From Eledone cirrhosa (Eukaryota), in NCBI GenBank assembly GCA_964016885.1, contig OZ024760.1, positions 10,292,001 to 10,356,000 of the forward strand: a stretch of 64,000 bases of DNA. The letters run 5' to 3'. The notes beneath the pieces are model-generated. The model was given only the letters and a program-made list of their open reading frames with translations. It had not been told where the DNA came from and made no database searches. Positions within the stretch are counted from its first letter, which is position 1; the number at the start of each line of letters is the position of its first letter. Below, in pieces: positions 15,361 to 27,500 of the stretch. Made by a program: the position numbers and the translations under genes.

Positions 15361-15702
15361 TCATCATCATCATCATCATTTTACATCCGCTTTTCCCTGC
15401 TTGCAAGGGTGGGAAGGGAACTGATTCTGGCTTGATTTCTACAGCTGGATGCCCTTCCTAACACCAACCTCATTTACAGTGAGTGCTGGCTGCTTTTCTG
15501 CCGTGGCACCTCCACGACCACTTTGCAGTGGAATGATAGGGACCCCAGTCCCTATCATCTCATTTCTACAGCTGAGTAAACTGGAGCAATGTGAAATAAA
15601 GTGTCTTGCTCAAGGAAACAACACATCACCCGGTCTGAGAATTGAACTCACAACCTTCCGATTGCAAGGCCAATGCTCTAACCACTAAGCCATGTGCCTC
15701 CA
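15361..15702 (-). mobile_element. tRNA-derived SINE family B (representative full copy)
   Basis: Head ggaggcacatggcttagtggttagagc...gagttcaattc, central ccttgagcaagacacttt, RTE-like tail and (TGA)n. Other copies at about 6010-6427(-), 22960-23675(-), 32270-32390(+), 41000-41395(-), 43807-44209(-), 44528-44852(+), 49157-49328(-), 56020-56360(-), 57447-57719(+), 58584-58921(-). Confidence 0.85.
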
Positions 15703-16059
15703 TAATTGGAATAATTGCCCTAATGAATATTAGGTTGCTACCCACAGCCTCAAATATTCAGGACATATCGGAGGTCCTTGCCGTTCCATATAGGCATGCT
15801 TTTTGAAGTATTCTAAAATAATTGTTTCTACTTTAGGCACAAGGCCAGCAATTACCCAGTACATTACTGGTACTTTATTTTATCGACCCCGTAAGGATGA
15901 AAGGCAAAGTCAACCTCGGCGGGATTTGAACTCAGATCGTAAAGGGACGTAACTCTATGCTGCAAAGCATGGCGTCCGACCCTCTACCGATACTGCCAAT
16001 TCACTCTAAAATAATAATCATTAATGCGTCAGCTTCATCATTCAGTAACGAGAAGTAGG

Positions 16060-17640
16060 CATAAAAGCCAAACTCGCTGTCTTCAATTCGGGGCCGTGCC
16101 AACCCTTACCAATGGTCATGAATGAGGTAGGAGACCCAGGGGTAGACCCCGAGCAAGATGGTTGGATAACATCCATGAGCTTGGATGGTCACACTTGGGG
16201 ATCCAGCCTGATCAGTTGGAGACGGTTATGAATCTTGGGTAATGACCGAAAGAATACGATCCTGAACACAAGCGGTCAAAATAGGGTTCCTCCGAAGGGG
16301 CTTCGGAGTAATGTTATTCAATAAGGAGCGTAGCTCGGAGATCAGAGAGTCACTCCAGGTAGAGCTGCTACTTCTCCGAATTGAAAGATCACAGCTCCAA
16401 TACTATGGGCATGTGGTTAGAATGTCTCAGGAAAGAATGTGTAGCTCGGAGATCAGAGAGTCACTTCAGGTAGAGCTGCTACTTCTCCGAATTGAGAGAT
16501 CACAGCTCCAATACTATGGGCATGTGGTTAGAATGTCTCAGGAAAGAATGTGTAGCTCGGAGATGAGAGAGTCACTCCAGGTAGAGCTGCTACTTCTCCG
16601 AATTGAGAGATCACAGCTCCGATACTATGGGCATGTGGTTAGAATGTCTCAGGAAAGAATGTGTAGCTCGGAGATGAGAGAGTCACTCCAGGTAGAGCTG
16701 CTACTTCTCCGAATTGAGAGATCACAGCTCCGATACTATGGGCATGTGGTTAGAATGTCTCAGGAAAGAATGTGTAGCTCGGAGATGAGAGAGTCACTCC
16801 AGGTAGAGCTGCTACTTCTCCGAATTGAGAGATCACAGCTCCGATACTATGGGCATGTGGTTAGAATGTCTCAGGAAAGAATGTGTAGCTCGGAGATCAG
16901 AGAGTCACTCCAGGTAGAGCTGCTACTTCTCCGAATTGAGAGATCACAGCTCCGATACTATGGACATGTGGTTAGAATGTCTCAGGAAAGAATGTGTAGC
17001 TCGGAGATCAGAGAGTCACTCCAGGTAGAGCTGCTACTTCTCCGAATTGAGAGATCACAGCTCCGATACTATGGACATGTGGTTAGAATGTCTCAGGAAA
17101 GAATGTGTAGCTCGGAGATCAGAGAGTCACTCCAGGTAGAGCTGCTACTTCTCCGAATTGAGAGATCACAGCTCCGATACTATGGACATATGGTTAGAAT
17201 GTCTCAGGAAAGAATGTGTAGCTCGGAGATCAGAGAGTCACTCCAGGTAGAGCTGCTACTTCTCCGAATTGAGAGATCACAGCTCCGATACTATGGACAT
17301 GTGGTTAGAATGTCTCAGGAAAGAATGTGTAGCTCGGAGATTAGAGAGACACTTCAGGTAGAGCCGCTACTTCTCTGAATTGAGAGATCACAGCTTCAAT
17401 ACTACGGGCCTGTGGTTAGAATGACTCAGGAAAGAATCGCTGGACAGATTTTATGGGCAAAAAAACAACTGACAGGAGATCCAGGGGTAGACCACATGCA
17501 AGATGGTTGGATAACATTCATGAGCTTGGCTGGTCACACTTGAGGATCCAGCCAGATTAGTTGGAGATGGTTGCTTTTGACAGGACCTATCGGGAAGGAG
17601 TGTTAGAGGACTCTACTTCCATGACCCTTGCAGGAATAAG
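16060..17640 (+). mobile_element. RTE-like LINE 3' fragment with internal 111-bp tandem amplification (~10 copies, 16329-17438)
   Basis: The 37-aa unit SSEIRESLQVELLLLRIERSQLRYYGHVVRMSQERM is the post-RT 'LRWxGHVxRM' region; GRPxxRWLDNI-like sequence flanks it. Confidence 0.85.
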
Positions 17641-18649
17641 TGGGCGATGAAGGAGTGGGAGGAGAAGGAGGATGACAGGGGGGGGGGAGAGAAGGAGCGG
17701 AAGAAGAAGAAGGAGAAGAAGGAGAAGAAGAAGAAGTGTAGGTAGTAAAATGATGTGAAACAAAGGTCAGAAATGACAAATTCTTCCTTGGCAGATTTAA
17801 ATGTCAAACTTCTCTGCAAAGAATTCCTAGAATATGTTAAAGAACATCACTTAGATATGTTAATGGACATTGTATATGTCATAGTGGACATTGGACATAG
17901 TATAGTGGACATTGGACATTTCTGAGTTGGTCAACACAAACTAAAGACAAAATTAAATAAAGTGACTGGGAGAAAATATCAAGCAAACAAAAAAGAAAAA
18001 AAAAAGAAATGGATGAATATAAAGAAAATCCTTTAACAATTATTGGAGAAGTAGGGTCCCTGGATAGTGGCCTATTTCAGGTACCAGGGGCAATAATTAT
18101 ATATTTTCTCCCTAAACTACCAACATCTATTTGTATATGCGCTACAATTTATGTACATGTTATGTTTATCACATATCGAAGATTTATATATCTTGGTTGA
18201 TATTTGATAATTGTTTCTACTTTTGGCACAAGGCCAGCAATTACCAAGTAAGTACAATACTGGTACTTTATTTTATCGACCCCGTAAGGATGAAAGGCAA
18301 AGTTAACCTCGACGGGATTTGAACTCAGACCAGAAAGGGACGTAACTATGCTAGAAAGCATGGCGTCCAACCCTCTACCGATGCTGCCAATTCACCGCCA
18401 TTTTGATGGTTGATATTTGATAATGACAGCTAAACTAATCACTACAACTAAATTGACCAAATTTGTCGCCCTCCTCCTCCGCCAATTCAGAAATACTTCC
18501 ACTGCCCCTGGGTACTGTCATCTAGTGTCAGCTGGGCTTGTCCCTCAAATCACTTTATTCTATTTTTAAAGAGACACTGGATAATGTTATGTCCAGTATT
18601 AAAATAACGTTCCTTTAAATCATGACACTCTATTTCTGGTAAATGCTTA

Positions 18650-19526
18650 AAAAAGTAACCGCTAGGGTTCGCTAAGAACATTTTATCTATTTTTCTATCG
18701 TATGTTTTCAACTAATTCGACCTCCGATACGCTCGCCTTCGACGGAATGGTTGAGGACGAAAACCTTGACTGAGAGGTACTTATCAGTAACTACGAGGGT
18801 TTTCCTACCTCACCGCCTCCGTTTTCGGAAAACGGAGTCGTTTGTGAGTGAGTCGGATGTCAGATCGGCCGAAAACGAAAAAACCTAGAAAAGAAAGATA
18901 ATTCCACCTAAAGAACTCCGGGGCCGGGAAAATCAGAGGACCCCGATCTCCCCCGCCCCTATTCATATTTCGGGAAAAACCTTGAAAAAAATTCTTAGCG
19001 AATCCAGCGTGTGTTTTTCTATAAATTTATTCCATTTTCAAAGAGACGGTGGATAACGCTATTTCCAGTATTGAAATAACAGTTTTTAAAATCGTTTCCA
19101 TGTCATTAGTTGATCAAGCAGAATTGAATTAAAGCATAGTTTTTTTTTGTTTGTTTTCACTCAAGATTTGTTCCTGGACTAGTTTATCCCAGCTTACATA
19201 AAACATATTAACACCGCCTCATCTCTGAAACGTACAAGTTTCGGACGGAAAATAACAACCATTAGATTTTAAATAATTCAAGTTGAAAAAAAAAAAGATA
19301 TTATTTTATATTAAATCAATTTTAAAGTGATACAATGTTTAAGAAAATAAATCAAAAGCTATTTGATTTTTTTTCTCTTCATTCGCTTCATAGATTTCCT
19401 GGTAAATTACTTTAAAAATGTGGCGGGAACTTCTACTTATTTAGGCTAACTTGTAATAGACTCAAACTCTTTTGTTTAGATATTTATAACCCTTCATTGT
19501 TGCTATATCGCTGCATATATTTATAG
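18650..19526 (+). promoter_or_regulatory. CpG-rich putative RTEL1 promoter and first non-coding exon
   Basis: Non-repetitive, locally CpG-rich island; GC-box-like CCCCGCCCC near 18951; E2F-like GGCGGGAA at 19422-19429; strong donor AG|GTAAGT at 19526/19527; coding exon 1 has an acceptor, so an upstream exon is required. Confidence 0.5.
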
Positions 19527-20399
19527 GTAAGTAAGGATTTCAAAGGGACACCTTATTCTTTTAATTTTTCTCGTAACTTCTTTTATTTTGTTTTTCTTCA
19601 TACTGAATTCAGTTAAAATAATAATGTCACTTGTTATTTTCTCATTAAATATCTACGTAACGTTTTAACAGAAGGCTGTGAATTTGTAAAGTATTTAGAA
19701 TGTCGGATAGAATACTTTGTGGTAATCGTTTCGGCTTTTAGCTCTCACAGTTCAAATCCCGCCAAGGTCAATTCGTCATTCATTCATTCGAGGTCGAGAA
19801 AAAAGTGTACGTCCATTACTGTAGTCAATTCTCCCTCTATATCACTTTCTCTCACTCACTCTCTATCCTTCACTGGAGGAAATCTACCGTTTTCAGAGCT
19901 GGAGAGGAGATGGGCTCCGCCAGTTTTTGGAAACGGCGTATGTCAATACGGTGCCCCTACGACTCCAATGAGGGAGTCCATATCATGCAACGTTTTAACG
20001 GGTTTTATATTTTAACTATGGTCTACACTTCCCAATATGTGTGTATGTCCGTGTCTATGTTCTCGAATTTTAGCTGTTCCATTTGAAATGAGTATCAGAA
20101 ATAAAAACAAAACAAAAAAACTACTAGGATCAATATGATCGACCAAATCCCTTGAAGACACTGCGTAGTATAATGACTGAATCCAGTAAAAGAAAGCAGT
20201 GTCCCAGCATGGCCGTAGTATGACTAAAACCAGTGAAAGTAGGCAGTGCTCCAGCATGGTTGTAGTATAATGATTGAAACTAGTAAAAAACAAATACACT
20301 GACAACTTCTTCAATTACCGATCAGTACTAAGACGAAGATAAAATAACATTTATGTTCGATCTTTGTAGATTATATCTTAAGTATGGTCATTTGGTACA

Positions 20400-20620
20400 C
20401 TGTAAGGGTAATTAGACTCATACCAAGGTAGAAATGATCCTCTTCTGAATATCGAGCATCACTTGGTATCGATGCCTCCCAGATGGCCATCAAAACGAGA
20501 AGCGATAGTTAAGCTTGAGCGGGTGGTTGGGTCCACTGCTTCTCGCGCCTTGATTTAAAAATGTTGACGGAAGGTGCGTCAACTGTTTCTTGTTGGAGGT
20601 TGATCGCACGGGCAGTGGTC
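20400..20620 (-). mobile_element. CR1/L2-type LINE 3' end fragment
   Basis: NLQQETVDAPSVNIFKSRREKQW resembles the WNxLPxxVVxAxSxxxFKxRLD C-terminal motif. Confidence 0.6.
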
Positions 20621-20959
20621 CCTAGGACTTGGTGAGTACTCAGTAGTTTATATATGCTCAAAACAAATTTTAATTCGTTTGCAATTATAATAACTGGTTC
20701 TACTTTTGGCACAAGGCCAGCAATAACCCAGTACATTACTGGTACTTTATTTTTATCAACCCCGTAAGGATGAAAGGCGAAGTTAACCTCGACGGGATTT
20801 GAACTCAGACCGTAATAGGACGTAACTCTATGCTAGAAAGCATGACGTCCGACCCTCTACCGATACTGCCAAACATTATACAACGAAAGCGAAAAAACTC
20901 CGCATCAATTCAACACTGACAATCGACCACACACCACAAGGGTCATCATCATCATCATC

Positions 20960-21720
20960 ATCACCATCACAACCACCCCCTCCTCGCTCTCTCCATCATT
21001 CTCTTCATCCACAACCTCAACCACAATCTCTTCTTCCTCACTTCCACCAAGCTCCACAAACTCAATTCAGGCAGCTCTGCAACCCCCTTTTTTACCCCCC
21101 CCGACCCCCCCCCTCTACCAGCAACAAGTTTCCTCCACCATCCAACACCTCATCTCCTCCTACCTCCCCCCATCGTCCACATCCCCACAGTCTACTTCGA
21201 CCCTAAAATCCACAAACCTGACACCACCACCACCACCCCATCGTCTCCGCCTGTAACTGCCCTACCGAACTAATTTCAGCTCGACCCCTTTCTCTCTGTT
21301 CCTTCCACCCCACCCTCCACTTCACCACCATTGACCCCCCCCTCCCTCATCACCTCCGCTTTCTTCAAACCTCCCCACTCCCATTCCTACCTACCTCGAC
21401 TGTACCTCCTCCCACCCCACCCACTCACATCAAACACTCCATTTCCTACCCCCAACTTCTGATCCGCAGCAGAGGCCTCTGGTCTGTCATTTCACCTGGA
21501 GGGGGGTTACCCTTGTCCCCACCGCCCTTACACACGCCCATGCCCTCCATCACCCCGACACTCTGCTCAGCTGGACACTCTGCTCAAAGCTTGACCGTCT
21601 GCGGCCTGATTGCGTGCTTCGGACCCCCCCCCCCCCGATTTAGGGCTGAACAATGTACCACCTTCCAATTACAGACTTGCACCGACCCTGGTTTGAACTC
21701 CCCACCCCTCTTCCTTTAGC
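20960..21720 (+). mobile_element. Degenerate, internally deleted Penelope-like retroelement
   Basis: About 21190-21280 encodes YFDPKIHKPD and, after a frameshift, PIVSACNCPTELIS (PLE RT N-terminal motif); about 21560-21715 encodes SAGHSAQSLTVCGL...RAEQ..FQLQT..PGLN (GIY-YIG C-terminal pattern). Confidence 0.75.
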
Positions 21721-22259
21721 CCCTGACTGACTCCCCCTACTTACTACCCACCACTAACCTTTACCCACACTCACCCAGACCTCGCTACCCCACTAACACT
21801 ATTACCCCACCCCCAACCCCACCCTTTCTTTCACCCTTACACCACAAAAACACACACACACACACACGCACTTACGCCCATACAGAGACTATACACACAC
21901 ACACACACAATGGTTTTTCAAAACCCACGTTCACATACACTCGCTTCCTTCAAGACTCTCACATTTACACCTGCGCACACACACACACACTTACACCTGC
22001 ACATACACACACATCTACACACACACACAGCAAGTTAGCAGTGATGTAGTGGTCAGTCTGCCTGTTGGTCATCAGTCATCAGTCATCAAAGATAATCTAT
22101 ATATTTCAGTGGAAAAAACAATCAGCTGATATAAAAAATTGATCTCATTTCACAGAATTCTTTTCCTTCGCTATTATTGGTCAACATTTGGGACAGTGGA
22201 GCTTGGACTTCATCATCATCATCACCAACATCATCATCATCATCATCACCATCATCATC

Positions 22260-22290
<31 letters not shown>

Positions 22291-22343
22291 CCATCACCAC
22301 CACCATCATCATCATCATCACCATCATCATCACCATCATCATC

Positions 22344-22375
<32 letters not shown>

Positions 22376-22546
22376 CAACATCATCATCAACATCACCATC
22401 ATCATCACCATCATCATCACCATCATCATCATCATTATCATCACCGTCATCATCATCATCACCATCAACATCACCATCATCACCATCATCATCAACATCA
22501 CCATCATCATCACCAACATCATCATCATCACCATCATCATTATCAT

Positions 22547-22578
<32 letters not shown>

Positions 22579-22845
22579 TCACCATCATCAACATCATCAT
22601 CACCACCATCACCATCATCATCGAACCTCATCAACCATTGTCATCATCACCATTAATATCATCATCATCATCATTACCATCATCATCACCATTAATATCA
22701 TCATCATCACCATCATCATATTGCTATTAGGCTGGTGGATTGGCAGTATTGATTGTCGGACATGTTTTGTGACATAGAGTTACGTCCTTTTATGTTCTGA
22801 GTTCAAATCCCACCAAGGTTTAGCTTTGCCTTTCATCATCTATGA

Positions 22846-23893
22846 CAGAGGTTCTCAGTGGGTGCTACCACCCCCTGGGAGGCATTGAGAAGGTCCAGTG
22901 GACGGCAGAGGTCTAAGCTGGGAGAGATGATATTAAAGTATATTAGATATCAAAAGATACATCATCATCATCATCATCATCATCATTTTACATCCGCTTT
23001 TCCCTGCTTGCAAGGGTGGGACGGGAACTGATCCTGGGTTGATTTCTACAGCTGGATGCCCTTCCTAACACCAACCTCATTTACAGAGAGTGCTGGGTGC
23101 TTTTTTGCCGTGGCACCCCCACGACCACTTTACAGTGAGTGCTGGGTGCTTTTTTGCCGTGGCACCCCCACGACCACTTTCCAGCGAGTGCTGGGTGCTT
23201 TTTTGCCGTGGCACCTCCACGACCACTTTACAGCGAGTGCTGGGTGCTTTTTTGCCGTGGCACCTCCACGACCACTTTACAGCGAGTGCTGGGTGCTTTT
23301 TTGCCGTGGCACCTCCACGACCACTTTACAGCGAGTGCTGGGTGCTTTTTTGCCGTGGCACCTCCACGACCACTTTACAGCGAGTGCTGGGTGCTTTTTT
23401 GCCGTGGCACCTCCACGACCACTTTACAGCGAGTGTTGGGTGCTTTTTTGCCGTGGCACCACACGACCACTTTACAGTGTGGGCTGGGTGCTTTTTTGCC
23501 GTGGCACCTCCACGACCACTTTGCAGTGGAATGATAGGGACCCCAGTCCCTATCATCTCATTTCTACAGCTGAGTAAACTGGAACAATGTGAAATAAAGT
23601 GTCTTGCTCAAGGAAACAACACATCATCCGGTCTGAGAATTGAACTCACAACCTTCCGATTGCAAGGCCAATGCTACATATTATATATACATATTATATA
23701 TAAATATAGTAAAATAAAAAATATATATTATTTATACATAGTATATATTATATTATAAATTGATGATTTTATTTATTATATATTATTTACAATTTGTGTG
23801 TAGGCAGATCTCTCTGGAAATAGTGTTGGGAATCACTGAGGGTATTACATTGCTGTGGGTGGGGTGGTGAGCCAAAAAGTGTGAGAACCTCTG
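22846..23893. mobile_element. hAT (Charlie/Buster-like) MITE carrying a nested SINE B
   Basis: 12-bp TIR CAGAGGTTCTCA / TGAGAACCTCTG; degenerate 8-bp flanks atctatga/atttaagg with central TA. Confidence 0.7.
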
Positions 23894-24399
23894 ATTTAAG
23901 GGATTGATGAATTAAAGTACCAGTAATGCACTTGGGTCGATCAAATCGACTTTCCCCTCCCCCAAAATTGTTTGTCTTGTACTTAAATCAGAAACAATTA
24001 GATACGTTCTGAGTTCAAATTCTACCGAGGCTAGCTTTGCCTTTGATTCTTACTGGTTCGGTAAAATATAGTACCAGTTATACACTGGGGTCGATTTAAT
24101 CAACTTTCCTCTCCCCCAAAATTGTTGGCGTTGTGCCTATATAAGAAACCATTATTATCATCTTTGGATTGGCAGTATCGGTAGAGAGTCGGACGCCATG
24201 CTTTACGGTCTGAGTTCAAATCCCACTGAGGTTAACTTTGCCTTTCATCCTTACGGGGTCGATAAAATAAAGTACCAGTAATGTACTGAGTATTTGCTGG
24301 CCTTGTGCCAAAAGTAGAAACAATTATTATTATGTTATGTTGGTACCACAACATCCAGTCCGAAACAAATGAGGTCGTGTAGGTGTCACGACAAAAATA

Positions 24400-24960
24400 C
24401 ACACAGTCCACGCTGTAATGTGGCCGTGTAAGTAACACGGTAAAAACCTCCCAGCCCCACACTGTAAACGTGGTTGGTGTTAGGAACGGCATCCAGCCGT
24501 AGAAAACCCGCTAGACAGTCCACGCTGTAATGTGGCCGTGTAAGTAACACGGTAAAAACCTCCCAGCCCCACACTGTAAACGTGGTTGGTGTTAGGAACG
24601 GCATCCAGCCGTAGAAAACCCGCTAGACAGTCCACGCTGTAATGTGGCCGTGTAAGTAACACGGTAAAAACCTCCCAGCCCCACACTGTAAATGTGGTTG
24701 GTGTTAGGAAGGGCATCCAGCTGTAGAAAACCCGCTAGACAGTCCACGCTGTAATGTGGCCGTGTAAGTAACACGGTAAAAACCTCCCAGCCCCACACTG
24801 TAAATGTGGTTGGTGTTAGGAAGGGCATCCAGCTGTAGAAAACCCGCTAGACAGTCCACGCTGTAATGTGGCCGTGTAAGTAACACGGTAAAAACCTCCC
24901 AGCCCCACACTGTAAACGTGGTTGGTGATAGGAACGGCATCCAGCCGTAGAAAACCCGCC
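24400..24960. repeat. 112-bp tandem repeat of a SINE-B-related segment, ~5 copies
   Basis: Period 112; contains ggttggtgttaggaagggcatccagc; followed by a SINE/LINE-type tail. Confidence 0.85.
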
Positions 24961-25331
24961 TGACAGTCCTATGCGAGCAGGACAACCACTCTTGCCTCAA
25001 GTGGGAAAACTCCCGTCCAAACCCATGCAAGCGTGGAAGATGGACGTTAAACGATGATGATGATGATGTTGATGATGATTATTAGAAACAATTATTATTG
25101 TACGGCCCTTTATGGTCTAAGTTCAAATCCCGCCGAGGTTAACTTTGCCTTTCATCTTTACGGGGTCGATAATAAAGTACCAGTAATGCACTGGGTAATT
25201 GCTGGCCTTGTGCCAAAAAGTATAAGCAATTATTATTACTATTGCTTTGTCTATCTTCCTCTCTCTCACTGTCTATCTATCTTTCTCTATCTCTCTCACT
25301 GTCAATCTCTCTCTCTCTCTCTCACTGTCTC

Positions 25332-25367
<36 letters not shown>

Positions 25368-25469
25368 CTGTTACCCAGTGCCAGGACTCTGTGTACTTTT
25401 GGTCTGATGCCAAGTCTAGTTTCTCATTCAGACCTGCTTGGCTGTTGGCAGCTTGGAACATTGGATATT

Positions 25470-27500
25470 GTGTGGTGGTGGTGGAGGTGGTAGTGGTGGT
25501 GGTGGAGGTGGTAGTGGTGGTGGTGGAGGTGGTAGTGTACTATTAGTGGTGGTGGTAGTAGTGTACTATTAGTGGTGGTGGTAGTGGTGGTGGTGGTAGT
25601 GTACTATTAGCGGTGGTTGTGGTGGAGGTGGTAGTGGTGGTGGGTATTGTACTATTAGTGGTGGTCGTGGTGGAGGTGGTAGTGTACTATTAGTGGTGGT
25701 GGTGGTGGTGGTGGTAGTGTACTATTAGTATTGGTGGTGGTGGTGGAGGTGGTAGTGTACTATTAGCGGTGGTTGTGGTGGAGGTGGTAGTGGTGGTGGG
25801 TATTGTACTATTAGTGGTGGTCGTGGTGGAGGTGGTAGTGTACTATTAGTGGTGGTGGTGGTGGTGGTGGTAGTGTACTATTAGTGGTGGTGGTGGGTAT
25901 TGTACTATTAGTGGTGGTGGTGGTGGAGGTGGTAGTGTACTATTAGTGGTGGTGGTGGTGGAGGTGGTAGTGTACTATTAGTGGTGGAGGTGGGTATTGT
26001 ACTATTAGTGGTGGTGGTGGTGGAGGTGGTAGTGTACTATTAGTGGTGGTGGTGGGTATTGTACTATTAGTGGTGGTGGTGGTGGAGGTGGTAGTGTACT
26101 ATTAGTGGTGGTGGTGGTGGAGGTGGTAGTGTACTATTAGTGGTGGTGGTGGTGGTGGTGGTGGTAGTGTACTATTAGTGGTGGTGGTGGTGGTGGTGGT
26201 AGTGGTGGTGGTGGGTATTGTACTATTAGTGGTGGTGGTGGTGGAGGTGGTAGTGTACTATTAGTGGTGGTGGTGGTGGAGGTGGTAGTGTACTATTAGT
26301 GGTGGTGGTGGTGGTGGTAGTGTACTATTAGTGGTGGTGGTGGTGGTGGTGGTAGTGGTGGTGGTGGGTATTGTACTATTAGTGGTGGTGGTGGTGGAGG
26401 TGGTAGTGTACTATTAGTGGTGGTGGTGGTGGAGGTGGTAGTGTACTATTAGTGGTGGTGGTGGAGGTGGGTATTGTACTATTAGTGGTGGTGGTGGTGG
26501 AGGTGGTAGTGTACTATTAGTGGTGGTGGTGGTGGTGGTGGTGGTAGTGGTGGAGGTGGTAGTGTACTATTAGTGGTGGTGGTGGTGGAGGTGGTAGTGT
26601 ACTATTAGTGGTGGAGGTGGGTATTGTACTATTAGTGGTGGTGGTGGTGGTGGGTATTGTACTATTAGTGGTGGTCGTGGTGGAGGTGGTAGTGTACTAT
26701 TAGTGGTGGAGGTGGGTATTGTACTATTAGTGGTGGTGGTGGTGGAGGTGGTAGTGTACTATTAGTGGTGGTGGTGGTGGAGGTGGTAGTGTACTATTAG
26801 TGGTGGAGGTGGTGGTGGTGGTAGTGTACTATTAGTGGTGGTGGTGGTGGTGGTGGTAGTGGTGGTGGGTATTGTACTATTAGTGGTGGTGGTGGTGGAG
26901 GTGGTAGTGTACTATTAGTGGTGGTGGTGGGTATTGTACTATTAGTGGTGGTGGTGGTGGTGGGTATTGTACTATTAGTGGTGGTCGTGGTGGAGGTGGT
27001 AGTGTACTATTAGTGGTGGTGGTGGTGGTGGTGGTAGTGTACTATTAGTGGTGGTGGTGGTGGTGGTGGTAGTGGTGGTGGGTATTGTACTATTAGTGGT
27101 GGTGGTGGTGGAGGTGGTAGTGTACTATTAGTGGTGGTGGTGGTGGAGGTGGTAGTGGTGGTGGGTATTGTACTATTAGTGGTGGTCGTGGTGGAGGTGG
27201 TAGTGTACTATTAGTGGTGGTGGTGGTGGAGGTGGTAGTGTACTATTGGTGGTGGTGGAGGTGGTAGTGGTGGTGGGTATTGTACTATTAGTGGTGGTGG
27301 TGGTGGAGGTGGTAGTGTACTATTAGTGGTGGTGGTGGTGGAGGTGGTAGTGGTGGTGGGTATTGTACTATTAGTGGTGGTGGTGGTGGTGGGTTTTGTA
27401 CTATTAGTAGTAGTGGTGGTGGAGGTGGTAGTGTACTATTAGTGGTGGAGGTGGGTATTGTACTATTAGTGGTGGTGGTGGTGGTGGTGGGTATTGTACT
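25470..27500. repeat. (GGT)n-based minisatellite with gtgtactatta core
   Basis: Recurrent tgtactattag separated by variable GGT runs. Confidence 0.9.

Noticed and set aside
15620-15702. tRNA gene
   Set aside because: tRNA-like SINE head without a closing acceptor stem; dispersed copies share a body and tail.
16311-17378. 355-aa repeat protein gene
   Set aside because: Tandem copies of a LINE ORF segment, with disrupted flanks.
18655-18680. Telomerase RNA template next to RTEL1
   Set aside because: Only tagggtt is present, not a ~1.5-repeat CTAACCCTAA template.
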